From positions 1 to 55,923 of IMG/VR virus record IMGVR_UViG_3300033291_000001: DNA of 55,923 bases; one strand, 5' to 3'. Position 1 is the stretch's first letter. Every line of letters starts with the position of its first letter. The translations under genes and the position numbers were made by a program. The notes beneath the pieces are model-generated. The model was not told the DNA's origin. It worked only from the letters and a program-made list of their open reading frames with translations, and searched no databases. Below are positions 52,470-55,923 of this stretch, one piece after another. The stretch comes from a virus. Its lineage: Duplodnaviria > Caudoviricetes.

Positions 52470-55139
52470 TTATCCTTTTTTAGGCTTTATTCCATAACTT
52501 TGTAATTTTCCAACAAGTGCCGTTCCCAGCTCATCGACGCCCATGTGTGCCGCATCTATGCTTATGTAGACGTTTTGATTTGTTACACTGCTATTGCTGC
52601 CACTTGCGACTTGTCGTTCAGGTATAAAATTAAGTTTTGCTGCTATTAGATCACTTGCCCGAGTTATCTCAGGTATGCCATCTATCAATCCTTTCGTTAC
52701 CATTTTCATTAAATTTGGTGCCCATTTGTCTGATTCTTTGCCCGGACCCTCTTCGGTCGGAGAGCTAAATCCTAGAAAACTTTTTACTGTTCCAACGATA
52801 TTGCCTGCCGCTTTTCCTACTGCCGCAATTTTGCTGGTTATGCCGTTTATAAAACTATTTATAAGATTTGATCCCCAATTATACGCACTGCTCGCAACGC
52901 CTAAAATTGCATTTTTAACTCTATTTATAAGGTTAGTCGCCGTTGACACTGCACTTCCGACTTTGCTAGCAATACCATTTATCAATCCCGTGAATGCGTT
53001 TATTACTCCAATGCGAATTGATGATGCGATTGATATTGCAGTAGACAATAGTGTCCTAAACAAACTTATTACGCGATTTACAATGCTTGATATTAGCGCA
53101 ACGCCCTTACTTACAAGGCTTGTAAACCAACTTATTATTGCGTTTACCATGTCGGGTATAATCGAATGTCCGACTATAGTATCGTACAGCCCTTTAAAAA
53201 AGCTAACTATGCCATCCACAAACCCCATAACAAGATTAACCACCGTCATTACAAGGTTTTTGAAAAATCCAATAACATTGTCTACAAGCGACCAAAAACT
53301 TTTCTTTATCATGTCTGTATCGCCTGTTACAATGCCGACAATAATCCCAAATACGCTTGTAACAATGCCAACTAGGTTCATAATTGTTGCGATAAATGGT
53401 GCCAACGCTCTTATTACGCCGTTTATCAATCCGATAAATATGCCTATATAGACTGCAACCGTTGTTCCAATTATAACGCCAAGCACTTTAAGTACGTCTA
53501 TAACAGGTCCAAGCGAATTTTTAAGATTTCCAAACGCTTCCACTATAGCTTTTGTATCCATAGCCATATATGTTTTTTTAAGCTGCTCAAAAACTGGCGT
53601 AAACGTGCCGACTAAAAAATTTACAACAAATTTAAACGCCGCAACGACACCATCCCATGCAGTTTTTAATCCGGATATTATTTGCTTAAAACTAAACATC
53701 CTAGTAATAATCAATGCCACGACTCCAATCAACGCGGCTATGACCCCGATCACAACTAATACAGGTGATGCAGCGGCGGCAATTCCGGCTAAAAACGCGG
53801 TTATTCCACCTGCCGCCGCGACTGCTCCAGCAATGGCCGATATAGTAGTTATTACTCCGCCAATCATTGATATAAGCATTCCACCAGCTATCAGCACGGG
53901 TCCAATAGCCGCAGCGATTCCAGCGATTACAATTATAATCCGCTGGATGTGCGGACTTAGTTTACTAAATTTACCTGTCAAACCTTGCAAAAATTTAACA
54001 AGCTCTTTAACATAAGGCAATAATAAATTTCCAATCTTTATCGCCGCACCCTCGATCATTGATTGGAGTATTTTTATCTGTCCTGACAATCCAGTCATCT
54101 GTATATCTGACATTTTTTTTGATACTCCATTGTAGTTCGTTGTAGCTTTTGTCATCTTCTCGAATTTTGCAGGCGAAGAATCTATAACAGCTAACATACC
54201 TGCCATTGACGTCTTGCCAAAAATAGCTGTAGCCGCCTGTATTTTCTGATTTTTTTCAAGCCCTTTAAATTTTTCACGCAACTGAACCAGAACATCTTTA
54301 AAAGGCAACATTTTACCTTTTGCATCTGTAGTGGATATTCCTAATTTTTGCATCCATACCGAACCTTGTTTAGTAGGCTTGTTAAGGTTTACAATTGCAC
54401 CTCTTAATGTTGTGCCTGCCATCGACGCATCTATACTGTTGTCTGCCATTACGCCTAGCGCAAGAGCAACATCTTCCATTTTATACCCTGCTGCCCCGGC
54501 TATTGGAGCGACATATTTAAATGCTTCACCGAGTCCACCTATATCTGTTTTTGCGTTTCTCGCTGTGTTAGCAAGTAAGTCCGAAACTTTAACTGCGTCT
54601 GTAGCCTTGAGATGAAATGCCGCTATACTACCAACAACTATACTTGTAACATTTGCCAAGTCTTCACCGGAAGCCGCGGCAAGATTCATAGTACCTTCAA
54701 TTGCGCCGAGCATGTCAGATGTTTTGTATCCAGCAGAGGCCATGTAATAAAACGCATCAGCGGCTTCCGTTGCACTAAATTTAGTTTTCTCGCCCATTTC
54801 CTTAGCTTTTTCGCCTAATATTTTCGTGTCTTCCGCCGTTGCGCCAGCCATTGATTGCACTTTCAGCATTCCAGTTTCAAAATCCATAGCTGTTTTTATG
54901 GCATCTAATCCAAGCCCGACAATATTTTTTGTTACATTTTCGGTAAGTGTTCGACCGACGTTCTGCATTTTTCCACCGACATTTTGTAATCCAGTCCCAA
55001 ACTTACCCATTGTCATATCACTTGTTGACGTTTGCGATCCAGTTTCCCTTATCGCCCTATTTAATTGATTTATTTCATTTCGTGTTGCCGCTCCGCCTTG
55101 TGCTGCAATCTTAAGTATTAACTCTTGCAGGCTCGCCAT
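52470..55139 (-). CDS. Tape measure protein (TP901-type core)
   Basis: TKFSATEAADA, LGEAFKYVAP, ASMAGTTLR; amphipathic repeats. Confidence 0.93.
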   Translation of the reverse strand: MASLQELILKIAAQGGAATRNEINQLNRAIRETGSQTSTSDMTMGKFGTGLQNVGGKMQNVGRTLTENVTKNIVGLGLDAIKTAMDFETGMLKVQSMAGATAEDTKILGEKAKEMGEKTKFSATEAADAFYYMASAGYKTSDMLGAIEGTMNLAAASGEDLANVTSIVVGSIAAFHLKATDAVKVSDLLANTARNAKTDIGGLGEAFKYVAPIAGAAGYKMEDVALALGVMADNSIDASMAGTTLRGAIVNLNKPTKQGSVWMQKLGISTTDAKGKMLPFKDVLVQLREKFKGLEKNQKIQAATAIFGKTSMAGMLAVIDSSPAKFEKMTKATTNYNGVSKKMSDIQMTGLSGQIKILQSMIEGAAIKIGNLLLPYVKELVKFLQGLTGKFSKLSPHIQRIIIVIAGIAAAIGPVLIAGGMLISMIGGVITTISAIAGAVAAAGGITAFLAGIAAAASPVLVVIGVIAALIGVVALIITRMFSFKQIISGLKTAWDGVVAAFKFVVNFLVGTFTPVFEQLKKTYMAMDTKAIVEAFGNLKNSLGPVIDVLKVLGVIIGTTVAVYIGIFIGLINGVIRALAPFIATIMNLVGIVTSVFGIIVGIVTGDTDMIKKSFWSLVDNVIGFFKNLVMTVVNLVMGFVDGIVSFFKGLYDTIVGHSIIPDMVNAIISWFTSLVSKGVALISSIVNRVISLFRTLLSTAISIASSIRIGVINAFTGLINGIASKVGSAVSTATNLINRVKNAILGVASSAYNWGSNLINSFINGITSKIAAVGKAAGNIVGTVKSFLGFSSPTEEGPGKESDKWAPNLMKMVTKGLIDGIPEITRASDLIAAKLNFIPERQVASGSNSSVTNQNVYISIDAAHMGVDELGTALVGKLQSYGIKPKKG

Positions 55140-55378
55140 TACTTTCCACCTCCCACAACGCCTACTACGTCCTCGGGAATCAAATTTTCTATTGCTGTCG
55201 TACCTTCATAATCTAATCCCGGTTTTTTAAACTCTGCTCCGTGCAATTTCGCATCTTTTCGCAAATCACGTTCATGTCTATCCATGACTTTGTCGACAAA
55301 AAACAACAATTGTGGTATTGTCCACTGTCGTATTTCCCTGATAGATAAATGATATTCGGACATGAGTAAATCAAACAC
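55139..55378 (-). CDS. Tail assembly chaperone, frameshifted C-terminal part (gpT-like)
   Basis: In the -1 frame of the upstream chaperone, open from the slippery site. Confidence 0.75.
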   Translation of the reverse strand: MFDLLMSEYHLSIREIRQWTIPQLLFFVDKVMDRHERDLRKDAKLHGAEFKKPGLDYEGTTAIENLIPEDVVGVVGGGK

Positions 55379-55407
55379 ACCGCCCCAGCCAAAGTAATTT
55401 TCTTCGA

Positions 55408-55842
55408 CTAGCGAAGCGACTTGGTTAGGGCCAGCAAGTTTTTTATACTTTTATAATTAGCCTCAAACGCTTTTAAAACAATTTGAATAACATCATCCCT
55501 TGTTGCGCCAACTGCTTTAACTTTTTCAAGGCTTACTAATCCATTTGTTGCAATTTCAGCAATTTTTAATAAATCTTTTTGAATAATGCTAATTATCGCA
55601 TTGACAATTTCGCCTAAATTAATTTCATTAGGCTGAGACAAATCTATTTTTATAACTTCGCTAAATTTGCCAACCGCTTCCGCCAACGCCTCGTCGAACT
55701 TGTCACACTCGTCCCACGTCAACGCTTTAACATGTATAATTTCTGTGCCTAAAGGAGTTGGGATACCTTGATTAACAAGGATATCCCTTTCTTTTCTGGC
55801 TGCACTCATTTTAAATATATTTTGCTTTTCTGCCTCTGTCAT
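55408..55842 (-). CDS. Tail assembly chaperone (gpG-like)
   Basis: Between tail tube and tape measure. Confidence 0.8.
   Translation of the reverse strand: MTEAEKQNIFKMSAARKERDILVNQGIPTPLGTEIIHVKALTWDECDKFDEALAEAVGKFSEVIKIDLSQPNEINLGEIVNAIISIIQKDLLKIAEIATNGLVSLEKVKAVGATRDDVIQIVLKAFEANYKSIKNLLALTKSLR
55438..55444 (-). other. -1 programmed frameshift slippery heptamer A AAA AAC
   Basis: ATA AAA AAC in chaperone frame; the -1 frame reads KLAGPNQVASLVEENYFGWGGVFDLL without a stop. Confidence 0.85.
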
Positions 55843-55923
55843 TTTAAAATCTCCTTTGCATAAATTACGCCGCTACTGTAAAGTCGTAGATTACACTTGC
55901 TGCCATTTGTGTGTAATCACTTA
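55797..55923 (+). repeat. 127-bp end overlap, copy 2
   Basis: Identical to 1-127. Confidence 0.97.

Larger units (their letters stand above)
1..55923. mobile_element. Complete circular siphovirus genome (possible phage-plasmid), Firmicutes/Clostridia host
   Basis: Full terminase-portal-capsid-tail-lysin gene set, end overlap, sigmaA-type promoters, GGAGG RBSs, LPxTG protein, SPOR amidase. Confidence 0.93.

Noticed and set aside
52594-55068. Several long plus-strand ORFs
   Set aside because: Antisense shadows of the tape measure gene
1-55923. tRNA or rRNA genes
   Set aside because: No cloverleaf with T-loop signature noticed in the intergenic regions; tRNAscan-SE would be decisive

Overview
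Complete, circularly closed genome of an AT-rich siphovirus with a Firmicutes (probably clostridial) host. Positions 1-127 are identical to 55797-55923, giving a unit length of 55,796 bp. The minus strand carries a Mu-like head module (terminases, portal, MuF, ChaB-protease, capsid) and a long non-contractile tail module with a -1 frameshifted chaperone, a tape measure protein and a 1293-aa repeat-rich tail protein. I found no integrase, CI-type repressor, ParA or DNA polymerase. Instead there is a plasmid-like core: an SF2-helicase-like initiator next to a highly structured origin (33.4-34.4 kb), RecD2, ERCC4, ERF, and many RHH/AbrB regulators. The most unusual element is an RHH-led membrane operon (21.0-26.4 kb) with a TcpD-like small membrane protein, an FtsK/TraB-like ATPase, a wHTH protein, and a multi-TM+wHTH protein whose own coding sequence holds a dense RGTTAG array. 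A genome-wide CCCTRGTAA motif also switches strand at the origin. Together these suggest a phage-plasmid with a relaxase-free DNA translocation or membrane-tethering system. Other points: a sortase-anchored surface protein, a MuF with a degenerate ADP-ribosyltransferase domain, a ParB-MTase plus nuclease module, repeat-bounded early gene cassettes, and several single-base lesions. All functional calls come from motif recognition by eye; no database searches were run.
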